From positions 43,882 through 107,881 of the forward strand of contig CAYWAS010000001.1 in assembly GCA_964455915.1 (NCBI GenBank): 64,000 nucleotides of DNA. Reading direction: 5' to 3'. Under the pieces are notes generated by a model. That model did not search any database, was not told the origin of the DNA, and saw only the letters and a list, made by a program, of their open reading frames with translations. Position numbers and translations under genes: made by a program. Positions 36,951 to 46,952 of the stretch are shown here, one piece after another. The first letter of the stretch is position 1. Each line of letters opens with the position of its first letter. Source of the DNA: an uncultured Oscillibacter sp. (GTDB lineage Bacteria; Bacillota; Clostridia; Oscillospirales; Oscillospiraceae).

Positions 36951-38213
36951 TCAATCCATCTTCTGGTTCGGGTAGACCTTCGTCAACTGCTCCCAGAGAA
37001 TGTTGACATTGTCGATGCAAAGGAAATAGATGCTGGTGAGCACATTGCTCGGAATCCCCAGCCCCTCGGCATACTGATTGATCTTATCCCAGTCGGCAGA
37101 CTCGTAGCTCAACACCAGCTCATAGAGCTCACCGCAGCGTCCCTCACGCGTTGTAAGCGCGACCTTTATCTCCTCGGCAATGGGGATCTCATTGAGGATA
37201 TCCTCCAGCGGCGCGTCGATCAGGTGGTGCAGCGTAGAGAACATACCCATCAGATAAGCCTCCGCCTTCGAGATGGGCATATCCTGCGCATAGTTCATCA
37301 GCTCGCTGCAAAAATGCGCGCGCATGAAGGAGATGCGCAGAAACTCCTCCGCGCCCGGGTCGATCCCATGCTCCGCGTTGCTGGCGCTGAGCAGATAGAT
37401 CCACTGCTTGAGCTGACCGAGACCAAGCGTCACAAGCGCCTGATGAATGGTCGTTGCGCGCTGGCGCAGTGCAAAATAGGCGGAGTTCGCCATTTTCAGC
37501 ACGCCGTAGGACAATCCCGCGTCCATCGCGATGATCTGCTCGATCTCCTGCAGGTCGGGCTCGTCCTTCGTCACAGCGACCATCAGACGGAAGAAGGTGC
37601 TTTGCAGATAGCCGCCGCTGTGCGCCGCCGTCGTGAGCTTCTCCGCCACATACGGTCCCTCGAGCCCATTTGCCCCGAGGGAGACGGCCAGATCGTACTG
37701 CTCCTTCGTTTTGATGTTGTTGATGATGCAGGTCTTGTTCATGCTGTGCGCGATCTCGACCGTGTTGCGGATCGCGGCGGGTGCCGTGGTCTCCATATTG
37801 ATCTTGATATAGTCGATGCTGTCCAGCAGCGACAGATAGCGGGGCAGGAACTGGAATTCATTGACCGCGATCTTATAGCCCTCTTTGGCAAACATATTGA
37901 CAAAGTGCATCGACAGCGGATGAATGATGACGCTGTCATCGATCTGAATGACCAGCTCCGATTTGTCGAACAGCCGCGGCGCCTTCTTCATCAAAAGCAT
38001 GGTGGTGAAGGTCATAAAGTTCAAGCCGCCCTTGAGCGCCTTGGAGCTGTTTTGCGTGAGGAAGTTGTAGATAGTATCCGCAGCCGCGAATTCGTGGACC
38101 GGTCCGGCCTCCATACTGAACGCCTGATTCTCGCCATGATACAGGATCTCATGGCCGATAATCGCCCCGTCAACGGTCTTGATCGGCTGTCTTACGATGT
38201 ATTTACCGCCCAT
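36951..38213 (-). CDS. EAL-HDOD protein (YuxH/PdeH architecture) with a degenerate EAL domain
   Basis: YIVRQPI...GHEILYH N-terminus; HDOD LSYGVLKMANSA...IHQALVTLG...EAYLMGMFSTL. Confidence 0.85.
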   Translation of the reverse strand: MGGKYIVRQPIKTVDGAIIGHEILYHGENQAFSMEAGPVHEFAAADTIYNFLTQNSSKALKGGLNFMTFTTMLLMKKAPRLFDKSELVIQIDDSVIIHPLSMHFVNMFAKEGYKIAVNEFQFLPRYLSLLDSIDYIKINMETTAPAAIRNTVEIAHSMNKTCIINNIKTKEQYDLAVSLGANGLEGPYVAEKLTTAAHSGGYLQSTFFRLMVAVTKDEPDLQEIEQIIAMDAGLSYGVLKMANSAYFALRQRATTIHQALVTLGLGQLKQWIYLLSASNAEHGIDPGAEEFLRISFMRAHFCSELMNYAQDMPISKAEAYLMGMFSTLHHLIDAPLEDILNEIPIAEEIKVALTTREGRCGELYELVLSYESADWDKINQYAEGLGIPSNVLTSIYFLCIDNVNILWEQLTKVYPNQKMD

Positions 38214-38225
38214 AGCGTGCCTCCG

Positions 38226-39149
38226 TTATCCGTTCTCCCGAGCCAGCAAATGGTCGATCACCTGAACGAGATGACCGATCTCAGGCTTGCTCATTTGCTC
38301 GTCCGCGCCGAGCTCCTTCCCTTTCTTTCTCATTTCCTCGGTAATGAGCGACGAGAAGATGACCAGCGGGATCTTCTTGAGCTTTCTGTCATCTTTTACG
38401 AGCTTTGTCAGACGGTGTCCGTCCATCTGCGGCATCTCAATATCGGTGATGATCAAAGAGACGAACTGCCCCAGATCGTCCTGCTCGCGAATGGCACTCA
38501 GCGCGTCCCACAGCTCCTGTCCGTTGGGATACATCGTGGTCCTGACATAGCCCGCCTTGTGGAGCGCTTCCTCGATCATCTTGCTCAGAAGAACAGAGTC
38601 CTCCGCCACAAGGATACGGGCATCGCTGCGGTCACGATGACCCATGCGCTCGATCTCGGACATCTGAATGCTCGTCTCGGGCGCGATCTCGGCAACGATC
38701 TTTTCAAAGTCAAGGATCGTGACCAGATCGTCCCCGCACTGCGCAATGCCGGTGGCGACGCCCTCGTCGCCTCCGGACGCGGTCTTGTCCGGCTTCTGGA
38801 TATCCCTCCAGGAGATGCGGTTGATGCCCACAACGGTATGCACGCGGAAGGCAATGTTCATCTTATTGAAGTTCGTGACGATGAACAGATCCTTTTCCTT
38901 CTTCTCCCCTTCCCTTCCGCTCAGGTATTTGGGGAGATCCACAACGGTGATCACGATATCGCGGGGCTTAAAGATTCCCTCAACTGCAGAATGCACATGC
39001 GGCATGGGCTTGACAGGCTCGGAGACCAGGATCTCCTTCACCTTCGCAACATTGATGCCATAGAGATTATTGTCGATGGTAAACTCCATGACCTCGATCT
39101 CGTTCGTTCCGGACTCTAACAGGATCCCTTTCTTTCCTTCGTCGAGCAT
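38226..39149 (-). CDS. cheV: Chemotaxis protein CheV (CheW-REC)
   Basis: LLESGTNEIEVMEF, YGINVAKVKEI; REC ILVAEDS, ITDIEMPQMDG. ATG 39149 preferred over GTG 39155 on RBS spacing. Confidence 0.95.
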   Translation of the reverse strand: MLDEGKKGILLESGTNEIEVMEFTIDNNLYGINVAKVKEILVSEPVKPMPHVHSAVEGIFKPRDIVITVVDLPKYLSGREGEKKEKDLFIVTNFNKMNIAFRVHTVVGINRISWRDIQKPDKTASGGDEGVATGIAQCGDDLVTILDFEKIVAEIAPETSIQMSEIERMGHRDRSDARILVAEDSVLLSKMIEEALHKAGYVRTTMYPNGQELWDALSAIREQDDLGQFVSLIITDIEMPQMDGHRLTKLVKDDRKLKKIPLVIFSSLITEEMRKKGKELGADEQMSKPEIGHLVQVIDHLLARENG

Positions 39150-39172
39150 ACTCACAACCCCTTTTTATTTTA

Positions 39173-39652
39173 TTAGATGATTTTTTCGTCTCTTCCGTAG
39201 CAGCGCACACAGCCCATGCCGTTCGACACATCGAAGAGCAGCGTGCGGGCAAAGGCATCGCCCACATCTTCCTTGAGCAAACGGATCCCTTCTTTTTTCA
39301 GGTTCATGTGAACGCTTTCGATATTTCTCTGTCCAATGTTTCCCAGAGAGCCGCCGGTGACCTCGAACATTCGCGCGCCGCCGGCGATCTTCGCGGTGAT
39401 CCTGCTGCGGGAGGCTCCCTTCGCCTCCATCTGCCGCAGCGTTTCCCGCAGTCCGGTATCCGCATACTTGAAGGTGTTCTTGCGTCCGGCCTCCATATTG
39501 ATCGGCAGCATGATATGGACCATGGCGCCTAATTTGACCAGCGGATCATACAGGCAGATCCCTATGCACGAACCGAGCGCATAGGTGATGAGCATTCCCG
39601 TCCCCTTGGCCATTTTCATGTCGGCAATGCCGACGGTGATCTTATTCTCCAC
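39173..39652 (-). CDS. cheD: Chemoreceptor deamidase CheD
   Basis: TYALGSCIG (Cys), VHIMLP (His), KYAD, AKIAGGA. Confidence 0.96.
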   Translation of the reverse strand: MENKITVGIADMKMAKGTGMLITYALGSCIGICLYDPLVKLGAMVHIMLPINMEAGRKNTFKYADTGLRETLRQMEAKGASRSRITAKIAGGARMFEVTGGSLGNIGQRNIESVHMNLKKEGIRLLKEDVGDAFARTLLFDVSNGMGCVRCYGRDEKII

Positions 39653-40271
39653 TTTGTACGCCCAACTTCCTCAACAGAACATTCAGGGAGCGAATATCCG
39701 GCGAGAGCAGCAGCCGACAGGGGATCTCCTTTCCGTCGCACACAAAGTGTCCGCCGATCGTCATCAGGTAATCCGACTGTCCGCCGTAAACCGCCATCGG
39801 CACCGCCATGATCGCTCCCTGCATATCCACAGTAAAGGCGGGTACCGTCAGCTCGATCTGGACACCTGCCAGAGAACTGATCGCGTTGATAAAGGTAGAG
39901 ATCAGAATGTTGCCGACCTCGATCAGCGCGGAGGTCTCCATCTCATGCAGTCCGAAATAGTCCTCCACGCCCTTGCCGAGCATACTCTCCAAAATCAGAT
40001 TGACAAACTCGATCTGCTGCACGGAGAGCATGATCCCGTTGATCTGTCCGCTCATTTTCACCAATACACCGGCGGTGATCTCCTCCGGACCGCCGATCCA
40101 TTCGATCGTTTCGTTATAGCCCATGATCCGGACCTCGGGGTCCTTGATCCGGATCTGCTTGCCGATCAGAGACGAGAGCGCGGTCGCCGCATTGCCGGCA
40201 CCGATGCTGCCGATCTCCTTGAGGGTATCAAGCTCCAGCGAGCTAAGCTCGTTATAATCGTTGATAGTCAT
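39642..40271 (-). CDS. cheC: CheY-P phosphatase CheC
   Basis: LKEIGSIGAGNAATALS and LIEVGNIL CheC motifs; adjacent to cheD. Confidence 0.93.
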   Translation of the reverse strand: MTINDYNELSSLELDTLKEIGSIGAGNAATALSSLIGKQIRIKDPEVRIMGYNETIEWIGGPEEITAGVLVKMSGQINGIMLSVQQIEFVNLILESMLGKGVEDYFGLHEMETSALIEVGNILISTFINAISSLAGVQIELTVPAFTVDMQGAIMAVPMAVYGGQSDYLMTIGGHFVCDGKEIPCRLLLSPDIRSLNVLLRKLGVQSGE

Positions 40272-40286
40272 TCCTCTTTACTCCGT

Positions 40287-41033
40287 TCAATTCCTCAGAT
40301 TGTTGATCGTTGTCTCGATCTCGTCAGATGTCTGCACCATCTTCAGCGCCATGCTGTATGCCCTCTGCGACTCGATCACCTTCGTCAGCTCCTCGGCAAG
40401 ATCGACATTGGACATCTCCAGCATTCCGCGCACGACGCTGCCGGAGCCCGTCCGGATCCCGCCGTTTTTATCCACCGCGAGAAAGCGCGTGTCGCCCGCG
40501 TGCTCCATGCCGTTGTAGTTGATGTACTCATATACACCGACCGGCTGCTCGGCGTGCGGGTCTTCAATTTCGATCATATCTCCGCTCGTGCTCAGCACAA
40601 AGCGACCCTCTCCGTCGGAAAGGTAATAGACCTTCTCCATGACCTGCTGCCCGTACTCGTCGACCTCATCGGTCCCCCGCTGGAGCGAGGCGATCACGAA
40701 CGCGCCGTTGCGCGTCAGGGAGATCTCGCCGCTGTTCAGGTCAGCCAGCGCGAAAAAGCCGCTCCCCTCGATCATATAGTCCTGCTCTCGTCCGGTCGAG
40801 GCTGCCGCGCCCTGCGTAAAATCCGTATCGCCGGTCCACAGCGCCGCGCCGGTCCCGACGGGCAGCATCGCCTCCTCCGCGCCCTTCAGGTCGCTGTACA
40901 TCAAGGCGGCAAAGCGGCCCTTCTCAGCCTTGAAGCCGTAGCTGTTCACATTGGCAATGTTGTTGCCGTGCAGCGTCAGCCGCTCCTGCTGCTGATGGGC
41001 GCCGATCGCGCCGATATAAAAGGATTGATTCAT
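40287..41033 (-). CDS. flgG: Flagellar rod protein (FlgG/FlhP type)
   Basis: NNIANVNSYGFK; LEMSNVDLAEELTKVIESQRAY. Confidence 0.8.
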   Translation of the reverse strand: MNQSFYIGAIGAHQQQERLTLHGNNIANVNSYGFKAEKGRFAALMYSDLKGAEEAMLPVGTGAALWTGDTDFTQGAAASTGREQDYMIEGSGFFALADLNSGEISLTRNGAFVIASLQRGTDEVDEYGQQVMEKVYYLSDGEGRFVLSTSGDMIEIEDPHAEQPVGVYEYINYNGMEHAGDTRFLAVDKNGGIRTGSGSVVRGMLEMSNVDLAEELTKVIESQRAYSMALKMVQTSDEIETTINNLRN

Positions 41034-41048
41034 CGTCTATCGCTCCTC

Positions 41049-41795
41049 TCACATACGACCAATTTCCGTGGTGGCCTTGGTCATAAGCTGATCGTACATT
41101 TTGGATACCTGCGCCGCGCTTTGCAGCGCGCGCTGGAAGGTGATCATATCCGTCATCTGCTTGACCAGATCGGTGTTCGAGCGCTCCAGACATTCGCCGA
41201 CGATCTCATAGTTCTGCGCCGGCTGAGCGCCCTCGCCGGTAAAGAGGCCGTTCTCCTGCCGCTCCAGCGCGGCGTTATCCTCAAAGACAAATACGCCAAG
41301 CTGAGCCAGAGCGCCGCCCTCGTCGTAGTACAGCACGCCGCGGCTGTCCGTATGGATCTTATCCGTGATCAGCTCGATCTCGTTCCCGTCCGGGTTCAGC
41401 ACCCGCCCGAAACCGGGCAGGCAGAGGTAGCCTTCCTCGTCAAGAGAAAAGTTGCCCATGCGGGTATAAGCGGTTCCGCCGTCCTGTGCGACGGCAAAAA
41501 AGCCGTCTCCGCTGATGGCAAAATCCAGCGGCAGACCGGTGGGCTCCAGCACGCCCTGCGTAAAGTCCGTTTCAATGTCGCTCGCGGCGCGTATGTAGCT
41601 CTGCTGCCCGATCTCGCTGCCGACGCCGTCCTTATTTCCGACGCGGCTGTACATCACCTCGTCAAATGTCGTGGCGGTATACCTCTCCTGCTTGTATCCG
41701 GCGGTCGATATGTTCACCATATTGTTCGCGATCACATTCAGGTTGTGCTGATGCGTCAGCATTCCCGAGGTCAGGTTATAAAATCCCTTATACAT
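41049..41795 (-). CDS. flgF: Flagellar rod protein (FlgF/FlhO type)
   Basis: NVIANNMVNISTAGYK; TGLPLDFAISGDGFF; LERSNTDLVKQM. Confidence 0.75.
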   Translation of the reverse strand: MYKGFYNLTSGMLTHQHNLNVIANNMVNISTAGYKQERYTATTFDEVMYSRVGNKDGVGSEIGQQSYIRAASDIETDFTQGVLEPTGLPLDFAISGDGFFAVAQDGGTAYTRMGNFSLDEEGYLCLPGFGRVLNPDGNEIELITDKIHTDSRGVLYYDEGGALAQLGVFVFEDNAALERQENGLFTGEGAQPAQNYEIVGECLERSNTDLVKQMTDMITFQRALQSAAQVSKMYDQLMTKATTEIGRM

Positions 41796-41808
41796 TTCTT
41801 ACACTCCC

Positions 41809-42657
41809 TCACCGGTTCATCGGTTCCGCGCGGGAACCGCTCAGATACGGCTCCATATATCTGTGCAGCTTTTCAATGGCTTTTGCATGGATCTGTGAGA
41901 TCCGCGGGGGCGTCAGGTCCATGACCTGCGCGATCTCGTTGAGCTGCAAGTCCCGCTCATAATGCAGGGACAAAACGAGCTGCTCGTTTTTCCGCAGGGA
42001 CGCGATGCCCTCCTCCAATACACTCTGCAGCTCACGCCGCTGCAATATCGCCTCCGGATAGCTGTCCGGATCTGCGGGCAGAATGTCGTACAAAAAGACC
42101 TTCCCGTCTGTCTCCATGCGGGATAAGTGTATCCCCTCGTCCAGCGGCAGGACCTTTTTCAGTGCCGCGTCCTTCAGCCCCTTCCGGTAGCGCTCCTCCG
42201 AAATGTTCATGAAGTCCACCATTTCCGCCGTGGTGGGCGTGCGCCCGATCTCACCGGTGAGCGTCTCCCGCGCAGTATCGATCTCCTTCATGCGCCGCCG
42301 CGCCGAGCGCGAGACCCAGTCCTGCTTTCTCACCAGATCGATGATCATTCCGCGCAGGCGCTTCGATGCAAAGGTCTCGAACTTTACACCCTTGTCCGGA
42401 TCGAACTTGTCGATCACCGCAAGGAGCGTCAGGATCCCCTCGCTGATCACATCTTCGATCTGCGCGAAATCGCTGTAAAACGCTCTTGTTTGCAGCGCGA
42501 TCGACTTGATCAGATGCTCATAGCGCAGGACGAGCGGCCAGCGCAGCGCCTCGTTTCCCGTTTCCTTGTATGCACGCATGAGCGTGTCCGTGTCCATTCC
42601 CTCGATCTCTGCTTCTGTGTAGCCGGTGTTGGTGTCAAGCGCTATCTGCTCACCCAT
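41809..42657 (-). CDS. fliA: RNA polymerase sigma28 factor FliA/SigD
   Basis: KFDPDKGVKFETFASKRLRGMIID..RKQDW; region 4 EQLVLSLHY...EIAQVM...RISQIH. Start placed at ATG 42657. Confidence 0.93.
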   Translation of the reverse strand: MGEQIALDTNTGYTEAEIEGMDTDTLMRAYKETGNEALRWPLVLRYEHLIKSIALQTRAFYSDFAQIEDVISEGILTLLAVIDKFDPDKGVKFETFASKRLRGMIIDLVRKQDWVSRSARRRMKEIDTARETLTGEIGRTPTTAEMVDFMNISEERYRKGLKDAALKKVLPLDEGIHLSRMETDGKVFLYDILPADPDSYPEAILQRRELQSVLEEGIASLRKNEQLVLSLHYERDLQLNEIAQVMDLTPPRISQIHAKAIEKLHRYMEPYLSGSRAEPMNR

Positions 42658-44749
42658 TTGACACCGCCTTTCGTTCATGGTGCGAGGCGCTCTCCAAGGA
42701 GATCGTGCCAAGCGCCTGTATCTGAACATTATTTGTGATCTCCGCAAAGGATAGGACATAGACATTCGGGAAGAACTGCGAGAGCATACGGCTGAAATAG
42801 CCGCGGATCACCTGACTGACCAGCACGACCGGCGTTTGCGAAAGGCGGCTGAAGCTCTGGAGCAGCTCCGTCATCTGCGTGATGATCTGCTGCATCAGCT
42901 CCGGCCCGATCGCCAGATATATGCCCTGTTCGTTCTTCGTCAGCGAGGCGATGATCCTCTTTTCCACCTCGGAATCCAGCGTGACGACGCGGAGCTGTCC
43001 ACTCTCGCAGAACCGTCTTGTGATCGTGCGGGCCAGCGCGATACGCACCTGCTCGACGGCTGTATCCACATCGCGCTTCTGGTTCAGCGCGTCCATCAGC
43101 GTTTCGAGAATGATGCCGAGGTCCTTGATGGGCACGCCTTCCTTCAGCAGCGCCCGCAGCACCTTTTCCAGCGTGGCATAGCTCACGATGTTCGGGATCG
43201 CCTCCGCGACCAGCTCCGGCTCTGTCTTTTTCAGGTTTTCGACAAGCTGCATCGTCTCCGCGCGGGTCAGCAGCTCGTAGGCGTGTTTTTTGACTGTTTC
43301 GGACAAATGCGTCAGCATGACCGAGAGCGGGTCGATGACATTGTATCCGTAGATCTCCGCCATTTCCTTGTTCTCCGGCAGAATCCAGCGCGAGGGAATG
43401 CCGTAGGCAGGCTCGATCGTCTCGATCCCGTCGATCTCCCCGAGGGGGTCCGCCGGTTCGAGGGCAAGGTAATAATCCACCAGGATCTCGCCCCGCGCCA
43501 CTTCCTCGCCGCGAATGCGGATCACATACTGATTCGTCGCAAGGAAGGCGGCGTCGTGCAGGCGGATCGATGGGAACACGAAGCCCATATCCTGCGCGTA
43601 CTGCCGACGGAAGATCACGATACGGCTGATCAGCTTGCCGCCGTTGCTCTCATCGACCAGCGGGATCAGGCTGTAGCCGAATTCCATCTCGATCGGCTCG
43701 ACCGTCAGCAGAGAATATACATTGTTGATGTCCTTGTAGTAATCGGTCTCGCTCGGAGTCGGTGCCGCCGCATGGTCGACCGCCTCCTCCTCCCGCGCTG
43801 CCACCCTCTGCCGCTCCATTTGCCGGCTGACGGTATAGCCGCCGCCGAGAAGCAGCACGCTGCTGATCAGCAGCGCAAGATGGGGCGTCCCCGGGATTGC
43901 CGAGAGGAACAGCAATATCACGCCTGTCGCCATGATCGCGCGGGGCTGCGCCTTGAACTGCGCGATCACATCCATATTCAGGCTGCCCTCGGAGACCGAG
44001 CGCGTCACGATCATGCCCGTGGCCGTGGAGATCATCAGCGCCGGAAGCTGCGAGACCAAGCCGTCGCCGATCGTCAGAATGGAATACTTCTGCAGCACGC
44101 TCGAAAAGTCGCCGCCGTTGAAGACCATGCCTATGATCACACCGCCGACAAAGTTGATCAGCGTGATGATGATGGACATGACGGCGTCGCCCTTGACGAT
44201 CTTCGTTGCACCGTCCATTGCGCCGTAGAAGTCGGCTTCCTTCTGGATCTTGTGGCGGCGTGCGCGTGCCTCCTCCTCGTTGATGAGACCGGAGCTCAGG
44301 TCGGCGTCGATCGCCATCTGCTTTCCGGGCATCGCGTCCAGCGTGAAGCGGGCCGCGACCTCAGCCACACGCTCGGCGCCCTTGGTGATCACGATAAACT
44401 GCACGAGCACAATGATCAGGAAGATCACAACACCGATCACGATGTTGCCGCCGGTGATCATATTGCCGAAGTTTTGAATGACTGAGCCGGCGTCTCCGTC
44501 CCGCAGGATCAGACGCGTGCTGGACACATTCAATCCCAGTCGGAACAGCGTCGTGACCAGCAAAAGGGACGGAAAGATCGAAAACTCAAGTGTTTCGGAA
44601 ATATTCATGGTGATCATGAGCACCATGATGGATAAGCCAATATTGATGATCAGCAGAATGTCGAGCAAAAAGGGCGGCAGCGGAATGATCAGGAACAGGA
44701 CCACGACGACGACGCACAGAGATATTACATTATCAAAGATCCGCTTCAT
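42650..44749 (-). CDS. flhA: Flagellar export gate FlhA
   Basis: RVAEVAARFTLDAMPGKQMAIDADL, FYGAMDGATKIVKGDA. Confidence 0.98.
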   Translation of the reverse strand: MKRIFDNVISLCVVVVVLFLIIPLPPFLLDILLIINIGLSIMVLMITMNISETLEFSIFPSLLLVTTLFRLGLNVSSTRLILRDGDAGSVIQNFGNMITGGNIVIGVVIFLIIVLVQFIVITKGAERVAEVAARFTLDAMPGKQMAIDADLSSGLINEEEARARRHKIQKEADFYGAMDGATKIVKGDAVMSIIITLINFVGGVIIGMVFNGGDFSSVLQKYSILTIGDGLVSQLPALMISTATGMIVTRSVSEGSLNMDVIAQFKAQPRAIMATGVILLFLSAIPGTPHLALLISSVLLLGGGYTVSRQMERQRVAAREEEAVDHAAAPTPSETDYYKDINNVYSLLTVEPIEMEFGYSLIPLVDESNGGKLISRIVIFRRQYAQDMGFVFPSIRLHDAAFLATNQYVIRIRGEEVARGEILVDYYLALEPADPLGEIDGIETIEPAYGIPSRWILPENKEMAEIYGYNVIDPLSVMLTHLSETVKKHAYELLTRAETMQLVENLKKTEPELVAEAIPNIVSYATLEKVLRALLKEGVPIKDLGIILETLMDALNQKRDVDTAVEQVRIALARTITRRFCESGQLRVVTLDSEVEKRIIASLTKNEQGIYLAIGPELMQQIITQMTELLQSFSRLSQTPVVLVSQVIRGYFSRMLSQFFPNVYVLSFAEITNNVQIQALGTISLESASHHERKAVSNG

Positions 44750-44797
44750 ATCTCCTGCCTCCTTTGCGCCGGGGTCTGTGCTGCTACCACCCCTCCA

Positions 44798-45862
44798 TTA
44801 CTTTACGATCCGCTGATTTTCATCCAACTTGAAGATAAAGACCAACACCTCTGCCACCGCGTTATAAAGCTCCGGCGGGATCTCCCGATTGAGCTCGGAC
44901 TGGGCGTACAGCGCCCGTGCCAGCGGTACATTTTCCACCACCGCGATCCGGTGGTCCTCAGCTTCCTTGATGATACGCAGAGCCAGGGAATCCTGTCCCA
45001 TCGCCAAAACGACGGGGGCATTGTCCTGCTCCGGCTTGTAACGAAGCGCCACAGCGTAATGCGTCGGGTTTTTGATGACCACATCTGCCTGCGGCACCTG
45101 CTGCATCATGCGTGTCTGCGCACGCCGGCGCTGCAGCTCCTTGATCTTCCCCTTGATCTGGGGATCGCCTTCTGTTTGCTTGTACTCCTCTTTGATCTCC
45201 TGCTTGCTCATGCGCATCTGGCGCTCAAAGTCCCACCACTGGTACAGATAGTCGGCGGCAGCCAGAATAATGAAGGCAATGATGATCTGAAACATCATCG
45301 TCCCGCAGGCGTCCAGCATGTGTCCCGTGGCCGCGGTGATATCCGTAAAGGGATATCTGGCGCTGTCCAGCATCAGCTTTTTCAGGTTGCTGTATATGAT
45401 CGCAAGGAGCAGTATGATCTTCAGGATCCCCTTGAGCGCCTCGATCACGCTTTTCAGGGAAAAAAGCCTTTTGAACCCCTCCAGGGGATTGATCTTGCTG
45501 AATTTCGGGCGGATCAGCTCTCCGCTGACCAGAAAACGCGTTTGCAGCAGAGTCGCTGCGACCGCCAGAGCCGCCGTCGCAAACAGCGGAGGGCCGACGG
45601 TCTTTGCCAGAGCGCCTAAACCGATGCGCTCAAGCTCCACGAAATCCTCCATCGCGTGTACCGAGCCGGTGCGCTGAAAGCACTCGATCATGAACGCGGC
45701 CATCTCCTCAACGATCGTGCTGCCCAGCATCCACAGAATGCTCCATGCGCCGATCAGCGTCACCGCGGAGACCGCGTCCTGGCTCATGAGTACATGGCCT
45801 TTCTTTCTCTCGTCTCGCCGTCGTTTGGGTGTTGCTTTTTCGGTTTTCGATCCGTCTGCCAC
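44798..45862 (-). CDS. flhB: Flagellar export switch FlhB
   Basis: KTEKATPKRR, MSKQEIKEEYKQTEGDP, NPTH autocleavage motif. Confidence 0.98.
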   Translation of the reverse strand: MADGSKTEKATPKRRRDERKKGHVLMSQDAVSAVTLIGAWSILWMLGSTIVEEMAAFMIECFQRTGSVHAMEDFVELERIGLGALAKTVGPPLFATAALAVAATLLQTRFLVSGELIRPKFSKINPLEGFKRLFSLKSVIEALKGILKIILLLAIIYSNLKKLMLDSARYPFTDITAATGHMLDACGTMMFQIIIAFIILAAADYLYQWWDFERQMRMSKQEIKEEYKQTEGDPQIKGKIKELQRRRAQTRMMQQVPQADVVIKNPTHYAVALRYKPEQDNAPVVLAMGQDSLALRIIKEAEDHRIAVVENVPLARALYAQSELNREIPPELYNAVAEVLVFIFKLDENQRIVK

Positions 45863-45895
45863 CAGCGCTCCCCCCTTTTCGGCAATCCGGTGTCC

Positions 45896-46678
45896 CTATC
45901 CGATCAGGGACAGCATTTCATGCAGTGAGCTGAGCATTTCGCCCTCCGCCTGCAGCAGAAACTCGCTGAAAGGCGACAGCAGCATCAGCAGCATCACCAG
46001 ACCGATCAAAACCTTGAGCTCAATGTTGATCGCAAAGACATTGATCTGCGGGATCATCTTCATGAGCACGCCCATACCGAGCTGCCCGATCAGCTCCGCC
46101 GCCAGGATCGGCAGGCAGAGCTTCATGGCCAGGACCGTACACTCAATAAAGACCTCCAGACCGGCCATATAGACGCTGTCGCCAAACGATGCCGCGCCAA
46201 AGCGCACGACATCGCCCGATGTCAGCATGATCCGCAGCAGCGTATGATGCCCGTTCGCGGCAAAAAAGAGCAGCGTCATCATGGCATTGAGCAAAACGCT
46301 CGTGGTCGAAAGGTTGGCCTGTGCGCCGGCATCGTAGACCTGATTCATGGTCATCGCCATCTGCGTATCGACCACCAGACCCGCAAGCTGCGGGATATAA
46401 AAGAAAAACTCCATCACAAGGCCCAGAAACAGCCCGACCATCAGCTCGAGCAGAAGCCTCACCGAAAACTCGATCAGACTCCCCGGCATGGCGACCGCCT
46501 GCTCGGTAACGGAAAACACAAAGACCGACAGGACCAGCACAAGGCCGCTTCGAAAAATAGACGGGATCGTCCGTCTGCCTAAAATGGGATTACAGAGAAT
46601 GCAGCCGCTCATACGCGCGGCAATGTAAAGAAACAGCGTCAGCTCTTCCCAGTCCAGCATATCCGCAGCCTCCGTCAC
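45896..46678 (-). CDS. fliR: Export apparatus protein FliR
   Basis: Hydrophobic; KMIPQINVFAI motif; gene order fliP-Q-R-flhB. Confidence 0.94.
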   Translation of the reverse strand: MTEAADMLDWEELTLFLYIAARMSGCILCNPILGRRTIPSIFRSGLVLVLSVFVFSVTEQAVAMPGSLIEFSVRLLLELMVGLFLGLVMEFFFYIPQLAGLVVDTQMAMTMNQVYDAGAQANLSTTSVLLNAMMTLLFFAANGHHTLLRIMLTSGDVVRFGAASFGDSVYMAGLEVFIECTVLAMKLCLPILAAELIGQLGMGVLMKMIPQINVFAINIELKVLIGLVMLLMLLSPFSEFLLQAEGEMLSSLHEMLSLIG

Positions 46679-46935
46679 GCGGCGATCAGCGCAAAGATCT
46701 CCGTCGTGAAGTCCTTGAGTGCCTCAAGCATCCAGCCTCCGCCGACCAGCAGCACCGCCACAACGACGATCAGCTTCAGTATGAAGGACAGGGTCTGCTC
46801 ATGGATCTGGGTAACTGCCTGAAAAATAGCCACAATCACGCCCACCAGCATACTGAGGATCAGCATGGGTCCTCCCAGCTTGAGCGTAACGATCAGTGCG
46901 CTGCGCAGGATATCTCCAACCGCCGCAGTATCCAT
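46675..46935 (-). CDS. fliQ: Export apparatus protein FliQ
   Basis: FQAVTQIHEQTLSFILK. Confidence 0.96.
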   Translation of the reverse strand: MDTAAVGDILRSALIVTLKLGGPMLILSMLVGVIVAIFQAVTQIHEQTLSFILKLIVVVAVLLVGGGWMLEALKDFTTEIFALIAA

Positions 46936-46952
46936 CCATGTCCTCCTTCACG

